From Haliotis rufescens (taxonomy: Eukaryota), in the NCBI RefSeq assembly GCF_023055435.1, contig NW_025964223.1, forward strand, positions 26,474,001 to 26,538,000: a stretch of 64,000 nucleotides of DNA, in the 5' to 3' direction. Below the pieces are notes generated by a model, which saw nothing but the letters and a program-made list of their open reading frames with translations, was not told where the DNA came from and searched no databases. The translations under genes and the position numbers were made by a program. Each line of letters opens with the position of its first letter. Position 1 is the first letter of the stretch. Below, piece after piece: positions 38,286 to 51,791 of this stretch.

Positions 38286-39050
38286 TGAATCTCATGCCAG
38301 AAACTGTCTATCTGGTCACTCACTAACCTGTATTGGTGAATCTCATGCCAGAAACTGTCTATCTGGTCACTCACTAACCTGTATTGGTGAATCTCATGCC
38401 AGAAACTGTCTATCTGGTCACTCACTAACCTGTATTGGTGAATCTCATGCCAGAAACTGTCTATCTGGTCACTCACTAACCTGTATTGGTGAATCTCATG
38501 CCAGAAACTGTCTATCTGGTCACTCACTAACCTGTATTGGTGAATCTCATGCCAGAAACTGTCTATCTGGTCACTCACTAACCTGTATTGGTGAATCTCA
38601 TGCCAGAAACTGTCTATCTGGTCACTCACTAACCTGTATTGGTGAATCTCATGCCAGAAACTGTCTATCTGGTCACTCACTAACCTGTATTGGTGAATCT
38701 CATGCCAGAAACTGTCTATCTGGTCACTCACTAACCTGTATTGGTGAATCTCATGCCAGAAACTGTCTATCTGGTCACTCACTAACCTGTATTGGTGAAT
38801 CTCATGCCAGAAACTGTCTATCTGGTCACTCACTAACCTGTATTGGTGAATCTCATGCCAGAAACTGTCTATCTGGTCACTCACTAACCTGTATTGGTGA
38901 ATCTCATGCCAGAAACTGTCTATCTGGTCACTCACTAACCTGTATTGGTGAATCTCATGCCAGAAACTGTCTATCTGGTCACTCACTAACCTGTATTAGT
39001 GAATCTCATGCCAGAAACTGTCTATCTGGTCACTCACTAACCTGTATTAG
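38286..39050. repeat. Near-perfect 51-bp minisatellite, 15 units (gtgaatctcatgccagaaactgtctatctggtcactcactaacctgtattg)
   Basis: 17-aa period in ORF 38147..38986; the only variation seen is attg>atta in the last two units. Confidence 0.99.
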
Positions 39051-40474
39051 GTGGTATGAAATGAAGAAAATATCAATTCATTCAGTGTCCTCTTGCTCTT
39101 TATTCTAAACTAGGGAAATAAGCACACTGTAGATTATACCTTGCTAAACTGAATTTAGAACTGAATGTTCATATATTATGACACATTTGCATATAGAAAA
39201 GCACCAATTTTGAAGCTCTTTCTCCAATGTCTTTTAACTCTCTGAGTTGATGACTATTGTGTTTTCTTCCCAGAATGTATTGACACACACACTTGTAGTT
39301 GGGACTTGTACATGTCTTTGTTTCAAAATGCCTACTGACAATGATTGAGAAAGAAGTACTTTTCTGACAATATTAGTGTCTTTGGTGATTCTGCTGTCAA
39401 ATCACTGTTTAAATCAGAACTGGTTATTGTGATTTGACTAGTCAGAATCATTTTTTCCGAAGTCATGGTAGAGTGTTGTGTTAGACTAAGAAGAGTCACA
39501 AGATAGGCTTTCATGAATCTGTTGTGCTAGTTTTCAGGAATACATGTTTGTGGGATTTAGCTGGGAATTCAAGAGATTACATTTCATACAATGAAGTGGA
39601 CATGGGACTTGCTTCATGACATACGATGCAGGAGATTATAATGAAGAATATACTGGAAATAGTCTGTTATTACATTGTCCATGTAATTTGAAACATTGTT
39701 ATGAGAGTTGGAGAGTTTATGAGGTGGGGAATCATATGAATCTGTGTTGAGTACGCTGAAATGAAAAGGTGATGTTACAAAAATAGAAATCACATACTCT
39801 GGCACAAATAATATTAATTTCTAGAATACATATCTATGGGACTGAAGCAATTTATGGCATTGGATTTATTTCCTTCCATCACGATTGTTCATCCTCTTTG
39901 AAAATTGACATGGCTATTTGAAAAAGCCATGTTTGTGTTGTCCCAGCCCAAGGTGCTGGTGCTGATGCCAAGAGAGGCTTACATGAAGGAGACATTTGTC
40001 ATCACTAAAGCTGTCAGGCACCGTTTGAAACTTGTCATTTTTCATAGAGAGGGTTTTTTTCTGCAGAAAATATGTCTGAGTCTGGCTATTTTCTTAATCA
40101 TGTCTTGGCTGTTTTAAGTACAGTGTCCCTTGTCATAATCCTCATGTGATTGTTAAAGTTTAAGAGGTCATGGTATTAAGGTGCTGCTACTCAGCATCTA
40201 AAAGACTATTAAGCACCCCTTTGTTTCTAACCATGGCAGGGGTAGGCAACATGTACAGGGATGGAAATATATGAAAGTCTGCCATGGCATTTTTGCACAG
40301 GGCGCTCTCAAAGATATTAAAATTTAGACTTTTAGTGTGCCAACAAGAAGAATACTTTTCATTTGTCTTCTAACTTGGATATAAGCAAATGTAATTTAGA
40401 AAGATTGCCACCATCCTTTTCATTGTCATTGATGGCCCTTTCAATTTCTGAATTCCCAGGTAAATTTTGTAAAT

Positions 40475-40825
40475 GGTCCGTGGTCTAGTGGTAGAGAGTC
40501 CGCCCGGAGAGAGGAAAGTCGGGGGTATGATCCCTGGCCGCTTCATCCCAAGAGATGGTAAAAGATGGTACTTGTTGTTGCCCTGCTTTGTGATTGGCAC
40601 AGGAGGCTAAAACAAGGACTGGTGGGCTCCAGACTCAGTATACTGTGTCTGAGTGGGATATACATGTTAAACTGAGGCATGGTATGTCAGTGGGCTAGAA
40701 CTATAAAATTGGCATCAGTCCGGACTAGTACAAGCAGCCACACAAACACACACATGCATGCACATCACCATAATAGTGCAATAATCTTGGACACAATGTT
40801 AAACTCCATTTCACCTTACCTCATC
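40475..40825 (+). mobile_element. tRNA-derived SINE family D
   Basis: A box gtggtctagtggtagag, decayed B box, body aagatggtacttgttg...ggactggt...tcagtgggctagaactataaaa resembling common molluscan SINEs from memory, gttaaac end. Single copy in the window. Confidence 0.7.
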
Positions 40826-41418
40826 TTGTGGTTGTCATTATCCGAGTGGTTGCCCAGTCTACTAGTGCATGAGTCATTATTGCTGGATTCCTGTAGTACA
40901 CATCACATATGTGTTTGTTACAACATATGTACTGAGTGTGATCTTCAGGATGGGACATTGCCATTCTAATACAAGGAGTTTGAAACACTGATCCACCAAA
41001 TACTACTAGTCCACTGTTTTTTTATGTGATATAACCAGATACATGAAGAATACATTATAATGTTTCACTTGTGCCTGATTTAGATTAAACAAAACAGAAA
41101 TTGTTTTGTTCCCATAAAAGAGTGCCAGCAAAAGATCTAGGCCTATCTTGACTTGCTAATTACCAAAACGCATTAACTGAATGACATGGGACTGGTCTGC
41201 TTGTCAGGTGTTGTCGTTTTAAACTATTGACTACATATCCAGGTGAGCTACAGTGCCTTGGCATTGTTTGTTTGTTTAGTACAGTGTTGGAGCAAGGCTA
41301 GGCTCCCGTTGCCATCTTACTTCATGTTTTCTTTTCACTTTAGCCATTGTCTTACTGTCAATTGATCTTGAAAAGTGTTTCAGCAACTTTTCTGAACATT
41401 TGGTGTTGTTTTTTTCAG

Positions 41419-41474
41419 CTGGCTGAACAGTATGTACATGTGCAGGCAGAGATCGCCCTCCTCATCCAGAGAAA
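41419..41474 (+). CDS. MAP3K7: MAP3K7/TAK1 exon (LAEQYVHVQAEIALLIQR[K])
   Basis: tttttttcAG acceptor and AA|gtgagt donor; 56 nt, phase 0-2. Matches human MAQEYMKVQTEIALLLQRK. Too short for the ORF track. Confidence 0.93.
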
Positions 41475-43974
41475 GTGAGTACATTGTTTTTATTTGTGGA
41501 TTTTCATTCAACTTTTCACACAACAAAAACATTTCAACATCGTGGACACCTATCCGTCTACCACTTTCTTCATGAGTATGATAAGACACTGAAGACTTTG
41601 GGGGAACAAATTATTTATCTTTTGTATGTGAAAAAAAGATGGACTTCCCATGAGTCAAGACACATCTGCAATGTGTTATCAAGTAATTTGTGTATGGTCC
41701 GATACCTGTTCTTGTAAGAACACTGTGGTGTGTGTTTTAGGTAAATGTTCTTCAGTGTGTATTTTCATGGCTGCAAATTTACTAATTGCTGCACAGAATT
41801 CTCTCTGTCAACTTGTGGCTGGGAAAATCAGTCATGTTTTTAATTCTGTATGAAGATAAAGGGCATGGTGATTGCAACAGTAACCATATTGACTTGATAA
41901 AGGCCTTTTTTGGCAATGCCAGATTTTAGACTTGGTAAAACTTTTTAGAATCGTTTCACGATCTTTGAAAGTGTGCATATGACTGACAGCTGGAGGTTTT
42001 TCCTTTTAACACTTCCACATTGTGAGCCTGTAACCACATAAGAACCGGAGGTAGAACCAGCAAGTGTGAAAAAGGATTATTTAATAGAATTTTGCAAAGT
42101 GTTTGTTTTACTTTTGTGACATGATTAAGTATCTGACCTCTGCTGACATCTATCACTATAGATGGCCTAGCTCAGAGGGTTTTACTTCAAAAAGTTTAAG
42201 TTTGTCTTTTCCCACATTTTGGCCATCTCTGAACTTGGGGCACACATTACGTCAAAACAGTTTTCTGATTATTATTGTTTATTTTCATGACAATTTCTTG
42301 ACAATTTCTTAGCCAATTTATAGGTCAAAATTGTTTCCTTGTTGACCTCTGCTTTATCCTTTTATAGCATCAAGCTTGGTATTCTTTAGGTTCATTTGGT
42401 TTTGTGAATAACGGGGGGGTGAAATAGAAGATAGCTGGAGATTTCCAAACACTCCTAATCCCTGACACAATATTTCATGGAAAAAATACGAAACAATACA
42501 TTACTTGAGTACACAGTGCCTCAAAAGATAACGAGAATTATTCCACATTAATTAAGACTATATTAATAACAGAATAACAAGCCTAAGAAATCCTTTGAAG
42601 TTTTCCAAAACCAGCCTTTGATGTTAAATTTTCAAAATGGATTTCAAGGAAGAATTTGAGTTTAATAGAAGCTAAAATTATAGGTAGAGTTTAGACTACT
42701 AGTACATTGTTACAGGAATGTTTGAAAGTAAACATGATAAAAGTGTAATTTAATTGCAGACTTTCCTACTAAGTGAATAATCACAGCCTCTGATAAGGTA
42801 AACCCTTCCATGAGTATATATCTTGGTTTGGGCTTCTGATTTCAACTTGAACTTAATTGAGGCATAATCAGCCACCTCCAGCAGGGAATCCCTTAGCAAC
42901 ATGGCTTTGAAGTCTTCTTGAATGTTGGCTGATGTCAGGCTAACTTTACTGGTGATATGTGCTAGCTGCCAGTGCCTAATTAGATGTATGTGGTGGGGAG
43001 GCCTGTTTGTGATAGACACAACACTTTTAAGGTTCCTAAGTGTCTTCATATATCTTATGTTGCTGTAGATTGATAACAGTGCTCAAGGTGAACCGTTACT
43101 CGAGATGCCATGCAACACATCCTTCTGACAAGTTCAAGTTATGTTTTTGTACATGTGTTATTCAGTACCTGTATTGATTGCCAAGACAACGAGATGATGG
43201 AGGTTTTTGTTGACTGAATGTTATATGCATAACTATACACGGATTAAGTTGATAATTGTCGCCTTGACATTAATATGATTCTTTTACAATCACGACAAGA
43301 TCAGTTTGTTTCTCTGTTTTACGCATGAGCCTTCCCTAAGACATGCAACCTTGTACCTGGAATTGTGTTCACATTTTGAAATCCTTAATGTTTTGATGTA
43401 AATAAGACGTGAAGTATTTTAATGGACAGCAATCTTAAAATTATGATCCTATGTGTTTATATATTAATATTTTTATTTCTGTGTAATTGATCATCTTTCA
43501 ACACACCCCTTGACATGTAATATATGTCTGGTCTGACTTTCATGGTTAATATCAGAACTGCTTTTAGTAGACAGGAATCTCTGCATTTCACCCAAACAGA
43601 CTATGCTATTTTCCAACCCTTTGAACAAAGAAAAGAGAATATAAGGTAGTGTTGTATCTGAGTTGAAAATATCATTAAGACATTGTAGCCCAAGGAGGTT
43701 AAATCGTTTGTTGTATCAATTTCTGTCTGTCTCAAGCAGGGTTATAGTACGTCTTTGTTCCATGAAATGTTGAGGAAGAGAATGTACTTTTATTATGAAA
43801 ATGAATTAGAGAAGTGAAACAAATTAGGTGGGATAATTAGAGAAGAACTTTCAGGCTACCAGATAATATGTGGATTGCCTTTCCATTGTGAATTCTTTTA
43901 ATGATTCAACATTAATTCACAAGGGACTGTGAATCACAAATGTAGAGTTGTGAGTGGGTTATTTCATGTATGTA

Positions 43975-44841
43975 CTGTAGTCTTTATTCAAGTGTATTGT
44001 AGGCCGTAGGCCCATGATACAAACGGTAAAATGTACAGTGGAAGTTCGAGGATCACATTTATGTATTTTACAATGATTGTCTAAGATATATGGCTTTAAC
44101 AATAAACTAAGAAAGACTTTGTTCGGTTGCTCGATGGACAGATGACATTCGGATGTTGAACTTTTGCCTTGTTGGGAATTCATGATATTTTCTTGGTATA
44201 AATTCTGCCCTCAGAATCTGGTTACATTTGCATTTTAGAATAAAATGGTACTCATCTTCAACATAATTGTATTAACATGCTTTGCAAACTCGTTCCACTC
44301 TAGGTTCCGTTTTGTGTCTACCTGATTCGATCCAAAGATGATGGGAACTACACCATTATCTACCCAGAGCATGTCTAAATTTCTCTTGTGGTAACATACT
44401 AATATATATTTCCAGGCCAAATGTTTGCTTACACAATGAATAGTTATATGATTTTGAGCTTTCTGAAAGAGTTGCATGCCAGTCTTGTTCATATGAAGAT
44501 TTATATCTACATAGAAATTCATTTATAAACATGGGGATATTCGTAATACATTTGTGCTCGCACACAAGGCCAAAACCTGTAAGCTGAATAATACTTCTAA
44601 TTTTTGAAGCCCAATTAATTTTACCATTTTTGAATGCCTGAAGTTGCATGTTATAATTTTTTTTGACATATCATGAGTCTGGCATTTTCAAAATATTACA
44701 CCAGTATTTATAAGTATTTTATACACATAATATACAGCGGATAACGTCCACATTCACCTCTCACACCGTGATTTGAGGTTGAGTTTCCAACTCCTAAAAA
44801 CTGTTTACAAGCAATCATATGTACGCTCTCAATTTCAACAT
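43975..44841 (-). mobile_element. 5'-truncated, decayed non-LTR retrotransposon (ORF2 C-terminus, RTE-X/CR1-group like) with 29-bp TSD
   Basis: Minus-strand peptides GVGNSTSNHGVRGECGRYPL, NWASKIRSIIQLTGFG...QDWH...KQTFGLEIY...KFRHAL and ESGRH...CKAC...VEDEYHFILKC. AATAAA near the 3' end. Direct repeats at 43946-43974 and 44842-44870. Confidence 0.85.
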
Positions 44842-45164
44842 AGTTGTGAGTGGGTTATTCCATGTATGTATTAAAGGGCTACTTGCTATACAGAGCTGCA
44901 TCAAGGTCTTGGTTCGAACCATTCACATTGATCATGATGCCCGGTCTCTTATCATATCAGCATCATACCCATACTCTGGGGTTTCACCAGAAGCAGTAAG
45001 CACCATGACTTGTGTCAGTGTCGGGCTATCCCCCTACATCAATCTGACACACCCTGATGTTACTAGAGGCTGGTGAACGTGCTTAACCTCAACTCATTGA
45101 AAGACCTGATGGGTGATATTGTTTAATTCTGTTTACAACATTAGGGCAATGTTGAAAAATATGG

Positions 45165-45330
45165 ATTGTTTGTTGTTTAACACCAAACTCAGCAGTATTA
45201 TAGCTGTCCTGGCCAGACAGTCCAGTGATTGTCAACCAAAGTGACCACCTGATCCATTTAGTCACCCCTTACGGTAAGCATAGGTTACTGGGGACCTATA
45301 TTTTAATTAAGACTCCCAACAGGGTTCAAA
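45165..45330 (-). mobile_element. SINE-like family C copy, internally deleted
   Basis: Reverse complement of 34822 motifs: ctcagca...ccagacagtccagtgatt...ttagtcacc. Confidence 0.75.
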
Positions 45331-46374
45331 ATTATGGATGATCCTCAAGGTCATAAGATCATTTTAGTAACGTTAGGACTAAGGAGGTCTATAGATGAAG
45401 ATGGTATAACCTCAAGACCACACTTGAGGTATCTGCAGTACAAGAGAGTTGAAGAACAGATAGTTGTGTAGGAAGCATCGTCTAATCCTTCAACCGTAAC
45501 ATTGCCATGATGATTGCATTCGTTTTCTTGCACAGAATTGAAAGAAAACAGATGTGGGTCTGTAAATACGGAAATGGGTTCTTCCTTGTATGAAGGTGTA
45601 ATGCAAGGCGTTGAAACAAGAAAGAAATCCAGCCATTAAATTGCATGTTGTGCACAACTATCTTCGAGTACAGGACGTTTCCATTGACAAAAAGTCAATG
45701 TTGAAGAGTGAGGGTTGGAAAAGCCATCAGAAGTTTGGGGCCTAACACAAGGACCTGTACGAGGGCACAGGGAGGAATAATGGAACTGTAGAAAACATGG
45801 CAGTTTGCAAATGGAATGACTTAATTACACTGTGTCTTGAATATTCATGGTGAGGTAAACTGGTTTGACACTAATTGGAATATGTTTAGAGATTGAAGTG
45901 GATCAGTCCGTTTTGCTTTTCATCTCAATGTATTGCCTCATTTTGCATCTTAAGCAGGAGCCTCTGTAACAGAGTTGCAGTATTTAAATTTTGAATTTTG
46001 AATCTCACTATGCATATCTTCTTTCTTCTTCATTCCTATGATGAAATGTGCTTGAACCGTGTTTCCAGCTTCTAAAACAAAAACATTCACCTGAACACAC
46101 CCCAGCATCTCTAGGGTTCAATACATGCTCTCGTATATGGTAACCTGCCACACTTTGACCATGTACGTCTCTCTACCATCTCATTCTCGTCATTCAAACA
46201 TGTTTCCACATACGATCGAAGAAGAAAGAAGATATGTATAGTGTGGGATAGGATAAGTATATAAATAATTTTTTTTTACTAAAATGTCCAATTTTTTTCA
46301 TGAAACTAAAAAACAAAACATTATGAAAACTAAGAAGGAGGAAATCAATAAAGTTCCTTCATTCAGTGATCAAG

Positions 46375-47006
46375 GTAATTTGGGCAAGAATTTTAACTTA
46401 AGCTTCAGGTATATCCATAATCTAATATCACCATCAATAACCATCAGGATTTTGCCTCTTCCCCTCACTGATTTACTCACTTGAACTAGAAATAAAGGAG
46501 ACCAGTGAGATCACCTCATCTGTTTCATATTTAGATCTATGCATAAAGATTGGGAATGACAAAACACTCTCCACAAGACTGTATGACACGAGGGATGACT
46601 TCAATTTTCCAATAGTCAACTTTCCCATCATTTCCAGCAGTAGTCCTGCAGCTCCAGCCTTTGGTGTTTACATTTCACAACTTTTGAAATACAATCGGGC
46701 ATGCTCTTTCCACCAAGATTTCAAAGAGCGTCATACGACTCTTGCTCAGAAGTTGTATGATCAATGTTACAACATTCAAGGCGTCAGTGAAGCTTTCAAA
46801 AAGATACATGGTAGACATTCGGAGGACATTTCCAAATTTGATACATCAGTGACAAAAAATGATGTCTGATGCAATTCCCTATTTGACTTGTACATATGTT
46901 CTCATGTTTAGGAGAACTATTTACTTTCCTTTGCATGTGTTTGTGATGGGTGTCATCAGTGGGGCAGGATACGCTCACCTTTTTGTGAACAACTGGTGTC
47001 ATCACT
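46375..47006 (+). mobile_element. Penelope-like element fragment, decayed RT C-terminal half plus 3' motif
   Basis: FNLSFRYIHN (decayed YIDD), SYLDL, LYDTRDDFNFPIVNFP, PAFGVYISQL..Y.RACS and FKKIHGRH are characteristic of Penelope-like RT/thumb regions; frameshifts and stops present. Confidence 0.85.
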
Positions 47007-47149
47007 ATTTGATCTGAATTTTTTTTCATGCAGTTTGCTTGGAAGTGGCAATATGGTCATTCTGATGATGGACGTAATATCACACAAATACTAAAGCAGT
47101 GTCATTGGTTCCAATATCTTTATGGTAGACTGTAAATGGAAATATGCCC

Positions 47150-47400
47150 CTTGGTGATTACAGGTTTGAATTGGTCACCAGCAATCAATACTTGTCGAAT
47201 GTGGTGACTTTATGGATGGGGTGATCAGGCTCATTGACTTGTTTGATTGTGTGTCATCGTACCCCGATAGCGTGAATTCTTGCTCAGCATATCAATCACT
47301 GATTTCTCATATCCAGACTTGATTATTTACAAGCCACTGTTTAATGGCCTGAATATTGCTGAGCAATGTTGTTTGCAGTGTTAAACAGCAAACACACAAA
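47150..47400 (+). mobile_element. SINE-like family C copy
   Basis: ggggtgatcaggctcattgactt...gattatttaca...gaatattgctgag. Confidence 0.78.
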
Positions 47401-47678
47401 ACAATAAACATACTGTTCTTCTTTTTGATTTGCCCAATATCTGGGGTATACTGATTTATCCAGTTATTCACAACATGAAAAATCTGATTGTGGAACATTT
47501 TTCTATGTGTTTTATTACATACTTAAGTGTGAAAGACTGAGTTTTCTGAAGTTGAGAAAAGTGATATTATTATTGCTCTGAACATAACCCTTGATAAATT
47601 TTGTTTCGCAAAGGGCCATTTTTGTTTGCTTGACCAGCGTGTATTCTTTCCCTTCCCTGGCAGTCTCCTAGTTTCCAG

Positions 47679-48132
47679 GGCCCTGTTCCACAAAGCTATC
47701 GTAACTACAATCAATCTTAGAGACTTACGTCGATTCTAAAATTGTCTTAGCTAAAGTTTACAACCGTTCCACAAAGCGATCTTAGGGCGATTGTAACATT
47801 ACAAGTTCTTAAGTAGCCGATCTTAACAAAGATCGGAATCTTCAGCCATAAAGATACGAAATTTTCCCTTGGTCATGTTTAGCAGATGGCGCATTTCCTT
47901 GCACACCATAATAAAAGTCGCCATCTTTGTTGTTATGGTACAATATTTAAGATCGATTTTAGCAGCAATCCTAAGTTGGTCCGGAGCATTTTAGCATTTT
48001 GATCTTAACTTACAACTCTCTTAGTTAAGATTGCTTTGTGGAACGGGCGGCTTATCGTAACAAAAATTTAAGATCGCATACTTAGTGAGTTAAAATCAAC
48101 TTAGCCCTAAGATCGCTTTGTGGAACGTGGCC
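47679..48132. mobile_element. MITE, probably PIF/Harbinger type, with CAG TSD
   Basis: cag|ggccctgttccacaaagc ... gctttgtggaacgtggcc|cag; internal extra TIR copies. Confidence 0.85.
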
Positions 48133-48365
48133 CAGGAATATGTTTTGTTAAAATTGATTTTGTATATAATCATATCTATATGTATGATACAGAATTTGCG
48201 TGACCCTTAATATTTTTTTGAGACTACTTCTTTAGTGTCAAATACAAGGGGTGGTGAACCATCCCTGTGTATTACCATGGGTAGGGAGAATTTATGTTTC
48301 AAGGTTTTACATTTGTAATAAAATAATCTAGTTTTCCGGTAGACAACTACACAAACAGTATATAA

Positions 48366-48489
48366 TAAATGTGATATTCCATGTATCATGTTTCTCTCTA
48401 CGCCACTTGTGGAAATATCTCCTTTCCCCTCGTCACTTGACGAGCTAAAAATGATATTTTACTCGACACATGAAATATCCTCTATTTAT
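48366..48489. mobile_element. Short palindromic MITE-like remnant
   Basis: ataaatgtgatattccatgt / acatgaaatatcctctatttat, with an internal ctcgtca..tgacgag hairpin. Confidence 0.55.
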
Positions 48490-49695
48490 TCTCTAATATC
48501 AAGTGTTGTCAAGATTCCTTTGGGGGACATGATATTTTTTAGCTTGATATATATATGTTAGAGCCATCAGATTTCTCTCTTTTTGTAGAGACGAAAACTA
48601 TTAATCAAAACATTGACTTCTTGTGTCTGTATCAAATTAACACACAGAAGCGCTCTCTTTTTTTGGTCAGCATTGAATCACGGAAGGTACGTAGGAAGGA
48701 GGAAATATAAAAAATGTAGAAATTATTGATTGGAAATATTCTGTCCTGAATTACTGGCACCGGCATCTCAGATGTGTTGTGTGTATTGTCATGGACTTCC
48801 CTGCAGACATTTTCACAGACTGATATTCAGCCCAGCATACACCGGATGATGGTACAAGTGCCAAAATTAGAATTAAACAGAAATTGAATTCAGATTATAT
48901 TATCTATATGAAACTCATAACTTGCTTTGCAAAGGTCTCATGTACCTAATTAATTAATAACAGACCAATATAAAAAAGTATTACTACTTTGTTTCCATTT
49001 CTATTGCATGTGATGTTGAAATACAGAATATATGGCAATTTGCCTGCCATGGGCACTTTATTTGAGGTCCATGATGAAGACAAGGAGAGTATGTATGTGT
49101 TCTGAGAACAGAAGCATTAATAATGGTACCGGTGTTGGAATTACGGCTTGTAGTTGAACCTTTCAGATTTCTTAAGTTTTTCTCTTTTCTTGTAAGCAGC
49201 AGATTCGCTGCACTTTTATGCAGTGGGCGTAATTCAAAATTAACATATCGCTTTAATTTCCGCAAAATCAGTAAACATGCTGTCGTATCACTGGATTGTC
49301 TGGTCCACTATCACAAGTCAAACAAACACAATCACAAACACTGGGACAGGAAGGTCCTACTTGTAGAGCAGCACATGCTTTCCCTTTCACGAACACCTGG
49401 TGTCATTGATATTCAGTGATCCATTAATATACTTTTCACCACTCTTGAGTCTTTTACACCCAAAGGAATCTGTTTCGGGAGATGATAGAAACTGATTGTC
49501 CTCCAGCATTGATGTTTTTTTATGGTGTTTCATTGTCCTGAGCTTTTGTTCAAAGCCATTTTATTCATTTTGTCTCTGTAAAATCACAAGGCATGGGTGG
49601 CACAGTCTTCTGAATAACGGCAATTGCTGTGTAGAGTTGTGTCTCCTAATTATTGCAGGATCCTCACCAGATTTTCCCTTATTACTTATTCTTGA

Positions 49696-49977
49696 AGGGG
49701 CACGGGTGGCCCAGTTGTCTAAGGCGCCACAATTCGCTGTGCAGAGTTGCATCCCTTGGACAGGCCAGAAACCTATGATTGTGGGTTCGAATACTGGTTC
49801 GCCCCGATTATGTTTCTAGGTTTGTCAGCACCATACCCGTGCTCGTGGGTTTCACCGAAGTGGTAAACGTCTAAGACCTGCATCACTTGGGGCTTTCCTT
49901 CCACATTAAGCTGACACGCCGTGATATAACTGGAATACTGTTAAAAGTGGCGTTAAACCCAACTCACTCACTCACTC
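49696..49977 (+). mobile_element. SINE family A, full length, with 12-bp TSD
   Basis: Collinear with the 53800 copy. ACTTATTCTTGA at 49684-49695 and 49978-49989. Confidence 0.92.
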
Positions 49978-51027
49978 ACTTATTCTTGATCTGCCAGCAC
50001 CATACACATGCTGGTGGGGTTTATCAAAGTGGCAAACTTCGATGGCTTGAGGCACTTTGGACTTTCCCCCACATTAAGTTGATACACAGTCATAAACTGT
50101 GTTTGGCTGCTGAAAATTAACCTCATGATCATTATGAGGACAAGTTAGTTGAAAAATATTCATTTCCTTCGTCTTCATTTTTTGGTGTGAACATAAACCA
50201 AACATCTCAGGACATCATTCAATAAACAACTTGGTTTGGACCTTGATGGAGTTGTTATGGAGCAGTGCCAAGAGACTTGACAAAGAATTCAACAATTGGG
50301 GAATTTGTTAAGAATTCTGTCATAAAAAGTCACACATATGGTCATTGAATGCACTTAAAATGTAAAGAGACCTGGCAAAGAATTAAAGAATTTAAGAATT
50401 TATTTAAAATTCTGCCATAATAAATCACACATATGATCATTCAGTGCACTTGAAAGCCCCTTGTATTTCATGAAGGTCGGAGTGACATTCAACTTGGGCT
50501 AGATACATGATTGTCTTGGGGCTGGAAATATATCACACACTGAATGTGAAAAAACTCCCCACCAATTCCACTTTTTTTAAACAGAAAAAGGAGAAAAAAC
50601 CATTTCTGATACAACCGACAATTACAGCTGTGCAAACAAATAGTCTAAATTAGTGACTCCTTATCAGATGCTGTTGATGCTAGCCTGCGCCAACTCATGT
50701 AAAGTGTTCATAAATATTGAAGAGAGATTGTTTTTGTGCGGTTACTAAAATTGACATGTTTGTCTCTCTGAGCATGGTAATAATAAACCTTTTTCTGATG
50801 TGGATGACTTAGAGCTTGAGGAACTGTGAAACATGTATTTCCCTATTTTTATTGGATTTTTTTTGTTGCCTCTGCTGAGAGTAGAATGAGGTTACTTTTT
50901 ATCATCCTGAGATCCAGACAGGTGTTGTGGCATCTGAACCTTATGAAGTGCCTGGGTTGTAGACTGTACACCTTAAGTAAGGCAATCAATATACATGTAC
51001 CTTCATTTCTTTGATTTCTTAGGTGTA

Positions 51028-51188
51028 AGGGTAACCTTGTGGTTAAAGCATTGTAACATCAGGCACAAGTGCTGGGTTCGATTCACCAAATAGGTACAAT
51101 GTGTGAAGACCTTTCTTGCTATCCTTGGCTGTGATATGGCTTGAAAAATGCTAAAAGCATCAAAACTCATCACACTCATCTCATTCAT
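51028..51188 (+). mobile_element. SINE family B copy (diverged)
   Basis: ccttgtggttaaagcatt...gggttcgattc...ggtacaatgtgtgaag. Confidence 0.85.
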
Positions 51189-51791
51189 TTTTTACATTGC
51201 CAGTCAGGTTGAATGAATAATATATTGGCTAAATCTGATATTGTGTCCTTACCAAACTATTAGGACTTTATTGGGAACTGTTTGAACCATTGCATTCAAG
51301 TTTCTTTCATTAACAAAGCCAAGGAGTTTGTGTAAATATCCTGCAGTTTCCCCGACTGGTTTGGTTTGGAGGTTTGTACAAGTTCGAATTGGTTTTGATT
51401 TGAGTTTTGATAAAGCTTCTGATTCAAATCTTGCAAAGAATCATAAATCGCAAAGTCAAACTAAGGACATTAGCCAAATCAATTCCATCCTCTGAAGTCG
51501 GCAAGACTAGAGCTGGAATGCAGCCTTGATGCAGGGATTTGGGTGAAACCTTTGTGAAACTACTCTAACAAGGCATGAGGTTAAATTTAATCATTTAAAT
51601 GTTGTTTGAAGTCAAAGGAGATTAGACGTGTGTTGCAAAATAGCTTGAAGGATGCACATGATCTGTGAAGGGGATAAGAACCGTGGGAGAATTAATATTA
51701 ACTTGATTGGGGACTAGGACAAATGTCAACAGGAGAGGGGTTATTAGGCAGTTGAAACTGTTATTGTAGTGTTAGTGTGTTTGTTTTGCAG

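Noticed and set aside
38147-38986. 279-aa ORF of SDQIDSFWHEIHQYRLV repeats
   Set aside because: Perfect 51-bp repeat with a non-ATG start and no synonymous variation; artefact of unit length divisible by three.
45330-45830. Possible decayed transposase fragment
   Set aside because: No recognisable motif in the frames I translated; cannot be supported without a search.
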